A DNA stretch of 64,000 nucleotides from Geopsychrobacteraceae bacterium (GTDB taxonomy: Bacteria > Desulfobacterota > Desulfuromonadia > Desulfuromonadales > Geopsychrobacteraceae). Made by a program: the position numbers and the translations under genes. Positions 1 to 11,827 of the stretch are shown in pieces. The stretch covers positions 3,488,001 to 3,552,000 of the forward strand of contig OY759353.1 in NCBI GenBank assembly GCA_963662315.1, in the 5' to 3' direction. Below the pieces are notes generated by a model, which saw nothing but the letters and a program-made list of their open reading frames with translations, was not told the DNA's origin and did no database searches. Each line of letters opens with the position of its first letter. Position 1 is the first letter of the stretch.

Positions 1-144
1 AATCAAGAATGTCATTTCAGTTTTTATCTGGTCGCTGAATGAATTGTCCCCGAACTTTTTAGGGGACAACTCATTTTAACACAAAGAAGGGATTGATAAG
101 GTTAAGGAATTGTTGATTCTCCCTGAATCAGGGATATTTTGAAG

Positions 145-1215
145 TTATTCTTTGACATTATTGTACCAAGCGTATTCGCCATAAAGCTTTTCTGCGCATG
201 TTCTGCACAACCCGTGGCTGAATGTGACACTGGCGTGTTGTTCAACATAGCGTTCGAGCTCATTCCAGTCACCCTGGTCGTCACGAATTTTTCGGCATGA
301 GGAACAGATCGGAATAATTCCCTGTAGCGTCTTTATTTCACTGAGCGCTGTCTGCAATTCATCGATTAATTTTTCGTTCTGCCGCTGGATCTGTTCCTTC
401 ATGACAATTTCATGATTCAGTTGCTGATTGGTGCGGCTCAAATCGGTAAAGATCAGCTGATACGGCTGTTCCACCCCGGTCTGCACAATGCAGATATGAA
501 TCAGGTAAAAAGAAACAATTTTGAAATAATGGCCCACCAGGTTGGAGATACCATAATTACTGATGTAAAAGGTAAAGGCCAGTTCGGAAAAGATGGTGAA
601 TATTATGGAGCATAGCAGTAATTGGTAGATGCGTGGTTCAAAGTACAGGCGATTTCTACGAATCAGAGCCATGGACAGAATCAGAATTACACAAATGACG
701 TACTCACTGATTTTTTTGAATGGTGTCAGTCCGCTGCTTTCGATAAAGCAGACCGGAAATATTTTCGCGACAAAAATACTGATAATCAGGGCCGCTGTTA
801 TGAGCAGGTAGATGCTGAACAAGGAGTAAACGTTGATCTTTCTGCGTTCATTAAAATAGTAAAAAGCGCCGACCAGGGTCAGACTTTCCAGGTACCTGGC
901 CCCAATCCAGAGTTGATTGGCATAGTAGTCGTAGTCGGTAAAGATGGGCATTCCCTTGTAGGACAAGGTATGCAGCAAATCAAGCAAACCAATAAACAGG
1001 TAGGCAATGCCGATGAACAGTAAATAGGAGTTGTGAATGAAATTGCGTGAGTGCCAGGCAATAATAAAGATCGACATGGCCACGACAATACTGAACAGCT
1101 CGGCTAGCGTATGAAACAGCAGGTAATTGACCCAGCTGGTAAAATAAAGGCCGATCAGCAGAGCTATGAAAATTATGCGGCTGAAATATTTAGATGCCTG
1201 TATGGTGGTGACCAT
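145..1215 (-). CDS. MASE3-type membrane sensor with C-terminal Cys/His-rich domain and no kinase or GGDEF output
   Basis: N-terminal NYLLFHTLAELFSIVVA and LLHTLSYKGM MASE3-like helices; coiled coil; C-terminal IPICSSCRKIRDD..W..HGLCRTC. Confidence 0.8.
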   Translation of the reverse strand: MVTTIQASKYFSRIIFIALLIGLYFTSWVNYLLFHTLAELFSIVVAMSIFIIAWHSRNFIHNSYLLFIGIAYLFIGLLDLLHTLSYKGMPIFTDYDYYANQLWIGARYLESLTLVGAFYYFNERRKINVYSLFSIYLLITAALIISIFVAKIFPVCFIESSGLTPFKKISEYVICVILILSMALIRRNRLYFEPRIYQLLLCSIIFTIFSELAFTFYISNYGISNLVGHYFKIVSFYLIHICIVQTGVEQPYQLIFTDLSRTNQQLNHEIVMKEQIQRQNEKLIDELQTALSEIKTLQGIIPICSSCRKIRDDQGDWNELERYVEQHASVTFSHGLCRTCAEKLYGEYAWYNNVKE

Positions 1216-1352
1216 GTGCTTCCCTCCTTAATCAACAATTTACAGCACACCCCCCTTCTGTTCTACTCTTACTAATCATTTATTTTGTTTACAGATTATG
1301 TATCGCGTACAAGTTTATTTTCTTTAGTGATTTTTGCCCAGCAGAGACTTCT

Positions 1353-2234
1353 TTAAGAGAGGGTGATTTCTGAACGCAGACGATCAAAGCTGGCGATAAC
1401 ATCGAACAGTTCGGCATCAATGTTGTCCTGCCTCTGGCGCTGATAGGCTCTCTGCAGTTCTTCGAGTTGCTCGCGAATATTCTTTTCAGCGCGCTGCATG
1501 GTGGTCAGGCGACACAGGTTTTCACTGGCAAGGGATTCGGCGCAGCCTCTGAACAGAGTGATAAACAGGTATTCACCGAGCAGGGCGCGCAGAGTGTTAC
1601 CGGCTTCGCCACACAACTCGGGCAGCTGGCCGGTGGGCCAACTATAGCGACTGAGGCGTTGCTCCCAGGCCAGGTCAAGAGGGAGCACCGTTTTGTTATG
1701 TGGCCGGTAACCGCTGCCGTCACTGATCCGGTTATGGCACAGGGTGATACTGAGTTGATCGGGGGTGGCGGTCAGAGCTGATTCCTCCAGCAAAATCTGG
1801 TTGCCCAAGTGACTGATGTTTTCAACTCCAGTAGGCAGCGGATAGCAACGAATGAGTGCCAGATTCCGGGCAGTTAGCTGATCAGCCAGGCGTTCGCCGA
1901 CAACAACAATCTTAAGTTGCGCATAAGCGGGAACGATCTTTTGGACGATGTGTTCGGCAAGCCGATCGTTAAATTGTCCGACCAGCCCCTGGTCAGAGCC
2001 GTAAGCGATCAGATAGGCTTGGCGCGGAGCCGTGCCGTAGCGGGACTGGTGAATCGGCTTAAGGGCCAGGGCCAGTCCCTGTTCGGCATTATGGCTGTAG
2101 CGCTCTAGCGCGGTGACTGCCGCTTCAAACTGGCTGATGCGCGAGGCGGCCAAGGCTTTCATGGTGCGAACCACCCCGGCAAGATCATGGGCGCTGCCGA
2201 TGCGGTGGCGCAGCTCAAGCAGGGAGTCACTCAT
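1353..2234 (-). CDS. atpG: N-ATPase gamma subunit
   Basis: VVRTMKALAA, GSDQGLVGQFN, SENLCRLTTMQRAEKNI motifs; start moved to ATG 2234, which overlaps the atpA stop. Confidence 0.93.
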   Translation of the reverse strand: MSDSLLELRHRIGSAHDLAGVVRTMKALAASRISQFEAAVTALERYSHNAEQGLALALKPIHQSRYGTAPRQAYLIAYGSDQGLVGQFNDRLAEHIVQKIVPAYAQLKIVVVGERLADQLTARNLALIRCYPLPTGVENISHLGNQILLEESALTATPDQLSITLCHNRISDGSGYRPHNKTVLPLDLAWEQRLSRYSWPTGQLPELCGEAGNTLRALLGEYLFITLFRGCAESLASENLCRLTTMQRAEKNIREQLEELQRAYQRQRQDNIDAELFDVIASFDRLRSEITLS

Positions 2235-3756
2235 GTTGGCCTCCGCTATCTGGCAGAACCTGTTGCAGCTGGTTCTTAAGAGCAGTGAGTTCCTCTTCGG
2301 CGATGGTTTTTCCCATAAGGAGCTGCTTGATGAGCCGGTCGTGCCCTTCACTCAGAATTTTTAACAGTGCCTGTTGGGCGAGCGCCATGTGGTCAAAAGG
2401 AATTTCGGCAAACAGGCCTTGCTCCAGGGCCCAGAGGACGGCGAGCTGTTCATGGAGTGGCAGCGGGCGATATTGTGGCTGCTGCAGGCAGCTGCGGATG
2501 CGCTGACCATGCGCGATGGTGCGGCGGGTCTGTTCATCAAGTCGGGTGCCAAAGCGTGAAAATCCTTCAAGTTCTTCAAACTGGGCATAATCAAGCTTTA
2601 AATGACCGGTGACCTCGCGGTAGGCCTTGTTCTGCGCTTTTCCACCGACTCGCGATACTGAACGACCAACATCGACGGCGGGCAGGATGCCGAGTTCAAA
2701 CAGGGTTGGCGCAAGGTAGATCTGACCGTCAGTGATGGAAATCAGGTTGGTCGGAATGTAGGCGGACATGTTCTGCGCTTGGGTTTCGACAATCGGCAGA
2801 GCCGTCAGTGAACCGCCACCGCGATCCTGGCCTAACTGGGTTGAGCGTTCCAGCAGCCGCGAATGGAGGTAGAAAATATCGCCGGGGAAAGCCTCTCGGC
2901 CCGGTGGCCGCCGTAACAGCAGGCACAGCTCCCGGTAGGCTCTCGCATGGTGGGTCAGGTCATCGTAGACAATCAGAACATCGTCCCCTTGCTCCATGAA
3001 GGCTTCGGCAATGCTGGTTGCGGCATAGGGGGCGATATAGGCGAGTCCGGGGGGATCGTTGGCTTCGCTGACCATGATCACGGTGTGCTGCAGGGCATCA
3101 TGCTTGCGCAGTTCGGCGATAACCCGGGCGACGGCAGCTGAACGCTGGCCGATGGCACAGTAGATACAGCGGACGTTCTTGTCCCGCTGGTTGATGATGG
3201 TGTCGATGGCGATGGCAGTTTTACCGATCTGACGATCCCCTAAAATCAGTTGGCGCTGGCCACGTCCGATGGGGATGAGGGCGTCGATCACCTTGATTCC
3301 GGTTTGCAGAGGGACAGTAACCGGAGCCCGGTCCATGATTGCCGGTGCCGGTCGCTCAATGGGCAGGCGGCGTTTTGTTATTAACGCTACGCCATTATCC
3401 AGCACGTGCCCCCGCGGGTTGATCACCCGGCCCAACAGCTCTTCACCAACTGCGATGTCGATAACCCGGCCACTGCGGCGCACTTCACTGCCGGTCATCA
3501 GGTGCTGATAGTTATCAAGCAGGACAACACCGATTTCCTGCTCATCAATATCAAAGGTGATACCGTCCAGGTTGCCAGTGAAGTGGACCAGCTCCTGAGA
3601 GCCGACCCCTGGTAAACCCCTGACCCTGGCGACTCCGGTTGTGACACTGGTGACGTGACCGGTTTCTTCTACCTGTGGTGAAAAGTTTATTTTTGCTTCG
3701 GCCCGTTGGAGGTTGTAACAGGCCTGCTCCAGCCAGTTCTCGGTCGGGGGAGTCAT
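2227..3756 (-). CDS. atpA: N-ATPase alpha subunit
   Basis: GRGQRQLILGDRQIGKT, RRPPGREAFPGDIFYLHSRLLER, SITDGQI. Confidence 0.97.
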   Translation of the reverse strand: MTPPTENWLEQACYNLQRAEAKINFSPQVEETGHVTSVTTGVARVRGLPGVGSQELVHFTGNLDGITFDIDEQEIGVVLLDNYQHLMTGSEVRRSGRVIDIAVGEELLGRVINPRGHVLDNGVALITKRRLPIERPAPAIMDRAPVTVPLQTGIKVIDALIPIGRGQRQLILGDRQIGKTAIAIDTIINQRDKNVRCIYCAIGQRSAAVARVIAELRKHDALQHTVIMVSEANDPPGLAYIAPYAATSIAEAFMEQGDDVLIVYDDLTHHARAYRELCLLLRRPPGREAFPGDIFYLHSRLLERSTQLGQDRGGGSLTALPIVETQAQNMSAYIPTNLISITDGQIYLAPTLFELGILPAVDVGRSVSRVGGKAQNKAYREVTGHLKLDYAQFEELEGFSRFGTRLDEQTRRTIAHGQRIRSCLQQPQYRPLPLHEQLAVLWALEQGLFAEIPFDHMALAQQALLKILSEGHDRLIKQLLMGKTIAEEELTALKNQLQQVLPDSGGQHE

Positions 3757-4520
3757 GATGGCCCCCTCTGATCGCTATCCTGAGTGGCTAACTGTCGTTG
3801 TAAACGCTCCAAGTGGGACGCCAGCGACCAGGAAAGCTTATGGCCGCAGTGATGGAGTTCGATGCCACAGAGTAGTTCCGAATTGGTTTGATAACGAAAT
3901 TGCGCCGCGCCGGTAATTGCGCTGACAGCGGCTTCGAGCGGTTCTTTTTGGTCGGCTGTCAACGTGCTGGTGGTGACAACCAGATACGCTTCCGGCTCGA
4001 CCGAGGAATCTCCTTTTAACAATTCTATCTGCCGCTCATCCAGCCTGGCAAGGCGCTGGATAAAGGTGGCAATGGCGGCCTGCTGCAGATCGTAGCTGGT
4101 AAGTTCCGTCAGCATGGTATTGAGGGACTGTAACATGGTGTCTTCAGTTTGCTTGCGCAATCTGCTGGTGACAGCCTGCTGTTCAGCGGCCAGTTGCTGC
4201 TGCCATCGGCTACGCAGCTCGGCAATATCCTGGCGCGCCTGGTCGATCAGTTGACGGCGTTCGGCTTCGGCCTGGTTGCGGGCATCCTGCAGCAGTTGTG
4301 TTTGCTGCTCTGCCAGCTGTTGCCGTTGCTGGACGAATTGCCGCTGCTTCGCCAGGGCGGCTTCCTGTTCATTTCTCGCCAATTGCTGCTGATCACGCAG
4401 GCGTTGTTCCCGAGCATCAATGGCCGCCAGCAGTGGCCCGTAAAGGAAGCGTTTGAGCAGCCAGATCAGAATCAGAAAATTGATCAGCTGGGCGATAATG
4501 GTGAAGTTGTCGAGGAGCAT
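3753..4520 (-). CDS. atpF: N-ATPase b subunit with C-terminal delta-like extension
   Basis: N-terminal TM (AQLINFLILIWLLKRFLY), long Gln/Ala coiled coil, C-terminal LLCGIEL..KLSWSL. Confidence 0.92.
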   Translation of the reverse strand: MLLDNFTIIAQLINFLILIWLLKRFLYGPLLAAIDAREQRLRDQQQLARNEQEAALAKQRQFVQQRQQLAEQQTQLLQDARNQAEAERRQLIDQARQDIAELRSRWQQQLAAEQQAVTSRLRKQTEDTMLQSLNTMLTELTSYDLQQAAIATFIQRLARLDERQIELLKGDSSVEPEAYLVVTTSTLTADQKEPLEAAVSAITGAAQFRYQTNSELLCGIELHHCGHKLSWSLASHLERLQRQLATQDSDQRGPS

Positions 4521-4523
4521 GGT

Positions 4524-4796
4524 CTACCCTCCGCCAAACAGCTGGTTCCAGTAAGGGTTGGCGAATAACAGGATCATGGAGATGACAAAGCAGTAGATCG
4601 CTGTCGATTCAACCATGGCCATGCCGACAAACAGGGTCCGGATCAGGGTTGCCGAAGAATCGGGTTGCTGGGCCAGGGCGATCAGGGCTGAAGCGAGGGC
4701 ACGCCCTTCACCGAGAGCCGCTCCGATGGATCCGATCCCCATGGTCAGACCGGCAGAAAAGATCGAGATCATTGCAATCAGAGTCTGTGAATCCAT
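4524..4796 (-). CDS. atpE: N-ATPase c subunit with Na+-binding signature
   Basis: Two TM helices, QQP loop, GEG in helix 1, ESTAIY in helix 2. Confidence 0.96.
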   Translation of the reverse strand: MDSQTLIAMISIFSAGLTMGIGSIGAALGEGRALASALIALAQQPDSSATLIRTLFVGMAMVESTAIYCFVISMILLFANPYWNQLFGGG

Positions 4797-4821
4797 AAGC
4801 TCTCCTTTTCATGGGGCCGCA

Positions 4822-5493
4822 TTACAGGGGGTGAGCTCGGGTCGCGGCGGAAATATAAACCAGCGCCAGAATAGCAAAAATATACGCCTGAACCATGCCA
4901 GTCAGAAGCCCGAGCAGGGACATCAGGACCGGAAAGATAAGTGGGGTTATCAACAGCAGAATGGCACCGATCATCGCTCCGCTCATCATGTTGCCAAACA
5001 ACCGGACGGCCAGGGCCAGGGTGCGGGTGAATTCACCGATCAGGTTGAAAGGCAGCATGATCCACACCGGCTGCAGGTAGGTTTTCAGGTATTTGCCAAG
5101 CCCCTGGTTGCTGATGCCGTAATAGGGAACCGCGACAAAAACGGCCAGTGCCAATGCTGCTGTGGTCGATAAAGAGGCGGTTGGTGCCCGGTAGCCGGGA
5201 ATAATGACCAACAGGTTGGCCGTGGCAATGAAGATAAACAGTGTACCGATGAAGGGGAGGTAGCGACGAGCCGGTTTGAGACCGCTCTCCTCCAGCTGAA
5301 CAAGCAGGTACAGGACCATAATCTCGAGGATATTCTGCAGTCGGCTATGCCGGTCGCGGGCCTTCAGGCGCCGGGTCAGCAGCCAGGTTCCCATAGCCAG
5401 AAGCAGCATCAATCCCCAGCTGGTGACAATCGTCACATTCAATTTAATCCAGCCGTACTGCCACACAATGAGGGAGTCAGGACTTATATGCAT
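4822..5493 (-). CDS. atpB: N-ATPase a subunit
   Basis: LALAVRLFGNM and QAYIFAIL motifs. Confidence 0.96.
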   Translation of the reverse strand: MHISPDSLIVWQYGWIKLNVTIVTSWGLMLLLAMGTWLLTRRLKARDRHSRLQNILEIMVLYLLVQLEESGLKPARRYLPFIGTLFIFIATANLLVIIPGYRAPTASLSTTAALALAVFVAVPYYGISNQGLGKYLKTYLQPVWIMLPFNLIGEFTRTLALAVRLFGNMMSGAMIGAILLLITPLIFPVLMSLLGLLTGMVQAYIFAILALVYISAATRAHPL

Positions 5494-5770
5494 AGACTTT
5501 CCTTTGTGTACGCGGGTTGGTCATGACAAATCTGGCGATCAGAAACCCCGCACCGCACAGTAGCAGATGAAGCGGTGAGGCTGCGCCAACCAGATAGATG
5601 CCGCTGCAGCTGACGACAACGCGCAGCAAAAAGCTGAGACTGAACCATACTCCGGCGTGGGGGCGGTCAAGGCAGTGGCGGACGGTCAGCCATAAGCCGC
5701 CGAAGAAGAACAGGCCAAGCAGGAATCCGGCACTGAGGGGCCAGATGATGTCGCTGAACATACCGATCAT
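5477..5770 (-). CDS. atpR: N-ATPase AtpR subunit
   Basis: Three TM helices with FFFGGLWLTV and SFLLR; lies between atpQ and atpB. Confidence 0.85.
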   Translation of the reverse strand: MIGMFSDIIWPLSAGFLLGLFFFGGLWLTVRHCLDRPHAGVWFSLSFLLRVVVSCSGIYLVGAASPLHLLLCGAGFLIARFVMTNPRTQRKVYAYKS

Positions 5771-6094
5771 TCTTTGTCCTCCTGTTCATGTTTTTCGATC
5801 TGTTGTTGCTCGTGACGAATCCAGTGCCAGGCCAGCGCGCAGCCGATGGCCAATCCGATCGGCAGCATTACCAGCGTCCAGGAATGATGGTCCTGAATGC
5901 TGCGGTCGAGCCAGATACCGACCACGATGGCGAGCACTGTGGGGATGGCGACTGACCAGCCGACCACGCCGAAAAGGCTGAAGCTGCTCCAGATAGATGG
6001 GCTTGGCTGATGGGCGAGCTTGCTCTTACGCCTGGCTTTGCGGCTGATTTGCTCCCCAAATTGGTCAGAGCGCTGTTTCCCGGAATGCTTTTGA

Positions 6095-6102
<8 letters not shown>
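5767..6102 (-). CDS. atpQ: N-ATPase AtpQ (AtpZ/AtpI-family) subunit
   Basis: FGVVGWSVAIPT..GIWLD..WTL motif; start ATG 6102 overlaps the atpC end; the longer ORF to 6459 is a shadow of atpC. Confidence 0.87.
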
Positions 6103-7953
<1,851 letters not shown>

Positions 7954-8129
7954 TTAGCGCAAGTGGCTCATTTCTCCAGTCGCGAGGAATTTATAGTGTG
8001 TCGGCGCTGGATGACGGAAGAGGCCTATGCTGACCTGTCTGTCTTTGTGGTTACCGTGTATCGCAAGCTTCCTGCCTGGCTGGTCGTACTCGTTTGTGGC
8101 CTCACCGGGCAGGTTGAGCTGTGATCAAT

Positions 8130-9560
8130 CTAAGCTTCGACCCGGTTACGACCGTTCGTCTTGGCAAGATAGAGGGCCTTGTCCGCCCGTGAAATCAAAT
8201 TGTCAATATTTTCACCTTGTTGTAGCTGTGCGGCGCCGACACTGATGGTCACTTTCAAGGTGGTGTCACCGCGATAGAGGGTCAGGTCCTCAATGCGTTC
8301 GCGAAAGCGCTCCGCCGACGTCCTGGCCTGGTCGATAGAGCAGTTTGACAGTAAAATCAGGAACTCTTCCCCTCCCCAGCGAAACAGTACATCGTCACCA
8401 CGGGTGACTTCATTCAGGGCTCTGGCAACCCCTTGTAAAACCTGATCGCCAGCCGGGTGACCATACGTATCATTGACCTGTTTGAAATGGTCAATATCGA
8501 CGATAAGCAGTGATAACGGTGTCTGGCGGCGCAGGTTTGTTTTATGGGTCTGGTTATAAAGCACTTCAAACATCTGCCGCGATGTAATACCTGTAAGGCG
8601 ATCCGTGGTGGCCATTGTTTCCAACCTTTTCTGGTAATTGCCCAGGGTCATGGCCGCGATAGCGAGGATGATCAGGGTAATGATCAGACTGATGACGATA
8701 TTGACCAGCAGGGTCTGATGCAGGCGCGCTTCGCCGGGAGTCCCGTGTTCCAGAACAATCAGGTACCAGTTGAATTCTTCGACTTTGCGGCTGTTGAAGT
8801 AGACTTTTTGGCCATGCTGTTCAAGGGTCAGGGATGAACTTGGTGAGGTCAGTATCTGGGTGACCAAAGGCTCCAGGCCTTCCATGTCGCGCAGGTTTTT
8901 AGGACCACTGAACCCGTTGCCGATAAGGGTGACCTGCCCCTGACGATCGGTAAAAAAGATGGTTCGGCCATAGCGCTGCTGATAGGTTTCGATGAGGTTC
9001 TTGACCGAAGACACCGCCAGACCGACTCCAATGGTTCCGATGTAATTGCCCAGGTAGTCATAGACTTTGTGGTTGATAAATACCGTCATGTTTAACAGGT
9101 CGGCAGTATCGCGGTCGATATTGATCTGATAATCCGAAATAACCTTTGCCATGTTGAAATACCATTGATCCTGCGGGTCTTCAACTGACACAGTTTTAAG
9201 GATGCCGCTGGAATGATAATACTGATGGCTGTGTTCTGAGACAAAAAAACTGGTGACCGTGGCGTAGCGTTTCTGAATTTCACGCAGGTAGCGAGTCATT
9301 TTATCCGGGTCAGTCTCACCGCCCAGCGCCCAGTCCCGGACAAAAGTGTCATGAGCCATGAGAGATGAAATAAAGATGGGGCGCAGTAAATCCTGCTGAA
9401 TTTCAGAATAAATATTATCGCTGGTCAGGGGGAGGGTATTCGCCGATATTTGTTCAGAAAGAGAGTTCTGAGCGACGAAATAACTGACGATGCTGGTAAA
9501 CAGGAACCCTGTGACAAGCAATACCGTCAGTATCAGCATAAAGCGGTACTTACGATTCAC
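8130..9560 (-). CDS. Membrane diguanylate cyclase with Cache-type periplasmic sensor
   Basis: Two TM helices flanking a periplasmic domain; DIDHFK, RGDD I-site, GGEEF; GTG start. Confidence 0.92.
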   Translation of the reverse strand: MNRKYRFMLILTVLLVTGFLFTSIVSYFVAQNSLSEQISANTLPLTSDNIYSEIQQDLLRPIFISSLMAHDTFVRDWALGGETDPDKMTRYLREIQKRYATVTSFFVSEHSHQYYHSSGILKTVSVEDPQDQWYFNMAKVISDYQINIDRDTADLLNMTVFINHKVYDYLGNYIGTIGVGLAVSSVKNLIETYQQRYGRTIFFTDRQGQVTLIGNGFSGPKNLRDMEGLEPLVTQILTSPSSSLTLEQHGQKVYFNSRKVEEFNWYLIVLEHGTPGEARLHQTLLVNIVISLIITLIILAIAAMTLGNYQKRLETMATTDRLTGITSRQMFEVLYNQTHKTNLRRQTPLSLLIVDIDHFKQVNDTYGHPAGDQVLQGVARALNEVTRGDDVLFRWGGEEFLILLSNCSIDQARTSAERFRERIEDLTLYRGDTTLKVTISVGAAQLQQGENIDNLISRADKALYLAKTNGRNRVEA

Positions 9561-9740
9561 GACAGACCTTTATGATGAGGGAATAAGATTGTGAAAATTT
9601 TAATAAAAAATATTTTTGCATAGTAGCAAAAGAGATTGCGCTGATGCTAGTCTCTTTATGGTTTAAAAACATTTTCCAGCAGAAGGTGATCCCGTCTGTT
9701 TTTTGGGCAGGATCGTTACGCTGGTCGCAATGAGGTTTCT

Positions 9741-10784
9741 ATGATCAACGAAATCACGATTCGCACGCCTGATGACTGGCATCTTCATTTTCGAGATGGT
9801 GATATGCTGCCTGAGACGGTTCCGGCAACAGCGCGCTGTTTTGGCAGGGCTATTGTTATGCCGAACCTGGTGCCACCAATAACGTCGGCCGAACTGGCAC
9901 TTGATTATCAGCAGCGGGTGCTGGCGGCCCGCCCTGTTGGCCGTTCATTCTCCCCTTTGATGACCCTATACCTGACCGATCAAACCACCCCTGAGATGAT
10001 TCGCGCTGCAAAGAGGGCCGGTATTGTTGCCGCCAAATTGTATCCGGCGGGCGCAACAACCAATTCGCACTCGGGGGTCACTGCTCTCGAAAATATCGAA
10101 GATGTGCTTACCGAATTGGCTATTCAAGGGATGTTGTTGCTGGTCCATGGGGAGGTTACCCAGACGGAGATCGATATATTTGATCGTGAAAAAGTGTTTG
10201 TTGACACCCAGCTAACACGGATTGTTGCCCGCCATCCTGCCCTCAAGGTGGTCGCCGAGCATATCACGACTGCTGATGCGGCTCGGTTCGTGCTTGACTG
10301 CGGTGCGAATGTCGCCGCTACGATTACTCCACAGCATCTGCTGCTGAACCGCAATGACCTGCTGGTTGGTGGGGTGAGGCCACATAACTATTGTCTGCCG
10401 GTCCTCAAACGCAATACGCATCAACGGGCATTGCAGGATGTGATTGTCAGCGGATCGCGGAAATTCTTTTTGGGCAGTGATTCAGCTCCTCATGAAAAAT
10501 CGCGCAAAGAAAATTCCTGTGGTTGTGCTGGTTGTTACAGTGCCTGGTCGGCTTTGGAACTGTATGCCCAGGCTTTTGATGATCTTGGTGTGCTCGATAA
10601 ACTCGAAGCTTTTGCCAGTGAAAATGGCGCTGATTTCTACGGCCTGCCGCGCAACGAGGGGAGTGTCACTTTGATCCGTAACCGCTGGACTGTACCGGAA
10701 GAGATTATTTTGCCTAATGGCCGGCCGATCGTGCCCTTCTGGGGCGGCCAGGAGGTCATGTGGCAGTTGAAGTCTGAGGCTTAA
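9741..10784 (+). CDS. pyrC: Dihydroorotase, short homodimeric (E. coli-like) type
   Basis: [30 protein letters not shown]. Confidence 0.96.
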   Translation: MINEITIRTPDDWHLHFRDGDMLPETVPATARCFGRAIVMPNLVPPITSAELALDYQQRVLAARPVGRSFSPLMTLYLTDQTTPEMIRAAKRAGIVAAKLYPAGATTNSHSGVTALENIEDVLTELAIQGMLLLVHGEVTQTEIDIFDREKVFVDTQLTRIVARHPALKVVAEHITTADAARFVLDCGANVAATITPQHLLLNRNDLLVGGVRPHNYCLPVLKRNTHQRALQDVIVSGSRKFFLGSDSAPHEKSRKENSCGCAGCYSAWSALELYAQAFDDLGVLDKLEAFASENGADFYGLPRNEGSVTLIRNRWTVPEEIILPNGRPIVPFWGGQEVMWQLKSEA

Positions 10785-11500
10785 ACAGGCTGCCAGTAGT
10801 TTGACGCTGGTGCTTTGGAACAGTGCTTAGAAAGTTGCTTGGGGACCTGTTGTTGGTATTCTGACCACGCAGCCGACAGCTCCCGATCGAATAATCCTTT
10901 CGGGGTCTGGATACGGAGATAACTTTTTAACTGTTCAAGGTTATCGAGGTCCACCGGCCAGAAGACATCAAGTTCTATGTAACATGCCAGATTACCGATG
11001 CCATCGGGGCGTTTGGTCTGGGCCAGCATCCAGGTATAAAAATTGTGACCTTTGGCAGCGTCTTTGATGCGTGAGACATGCTGCCGGCGTTTTTGTAGAA
11101 ATATACCTTCGGTCAGGTTCTGGAGCCTTTCAAGGCTTGACGCGGGAATAACCAGAATACTATCGTCCCTGAAGTAACAGTTTCCCAGACTGGTTGCCGC
11201 GCTGTATTCAAGTAAAACCCATGCGACATGCTCATCAAGATGATCTCCGCGATAGCCGTTAAACTCTCTTAAACGAGCTCTTTCTGCCTGAACCAGCTTT
11301 TTGAATAAAGTTTTGCCGATAAAGGTTGTAATGTGAACCGTGGCAGCCTCGGTCAAGGCGACAGTTTGACAAAGCCATCGATAAAATATGGAAAAGACCG
11401 ATTGGTCCGGTGGTAGTGATAAGAACCAATCTTCCGGTAATTGAATGATATGTGCTTCCGGGACTGCTTTGATGATCTGTTGCGTGGTAATGCTGTACAT
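10781..11500 (-). CDS. Hypothetical protein with C-terminal YozE-like domain
   Basis: Start ATG 11500 after a G-rich RBS; C-terminal [13 protein letters not shown]....D..WP....AW.EY resembles YozE. Confidence 0.55.
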   Translation of the reverse strand: MYSITTQQIIKAVPEAHIIQLPEDWFLSLPPDQSVFSIFYRWLCQTVALTEAATVHITTFIGKTLFKKLVQAERARLREFNGYRGDHLDEHVAWVLLEYSAATSLGNCYFRDDSILVIPASSLERLQNLTEGIFLQKRRQHVSRIKDAAKGHNFYTWMLAQTKRPDGIGNLACYIELDVFWPVDLDNLEQLKSYLRIQTPKGLFDRELSAAWSEYQQQVPKQLSKHCSKAPASNYWQPV

Positions 11501-11633
11501 TTTTATTTCCCCCCCACCCCAATTTGCTACCGTAATATTTAACCATAAAAAATATGAAAATAAAGAGTGAAGACCGACAATGCGCTTTTTGGTAACGAAT
11601 ATTGATACTGACGAGGGCGGCAAGATATTTATC

Positions 11634-11663
11634 TTGACATCAGGCATGTCAATTTGATAGAAG
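11634..11663 (+). promoter_or_regulatory. Likely sigma70 promoter of tRNA-Val
   Basis: TTGACA 11634-11639, then TG-n-TAGAAG at 11655-11663, about 20 nt before the tRNA. Confidence 0.55.
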
Positions 11664-11682
11664 AAGCGCCTTGTTTGGTTAC

Positions 11683-11757
<75 letters not shown>

Positions 11758-11784
11758 GATACTTCTCTGGTTCTGATGAAAATT

Positions 11785-11826
11785 AAAGAGGCCTCTTGAA
11801 ATTATTTTCGAGAGGCCTTTTTTATT
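11785..11826. terminator. Bidirectional intrinsic terminator between tRNA-Val and the AKR gene
   Basis: AGGCCTCTTGAAA/TTTCGAGAGGCCT stem followed by a T-run. Confidence 0.8.
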
Positions 11827-11827
11827 C

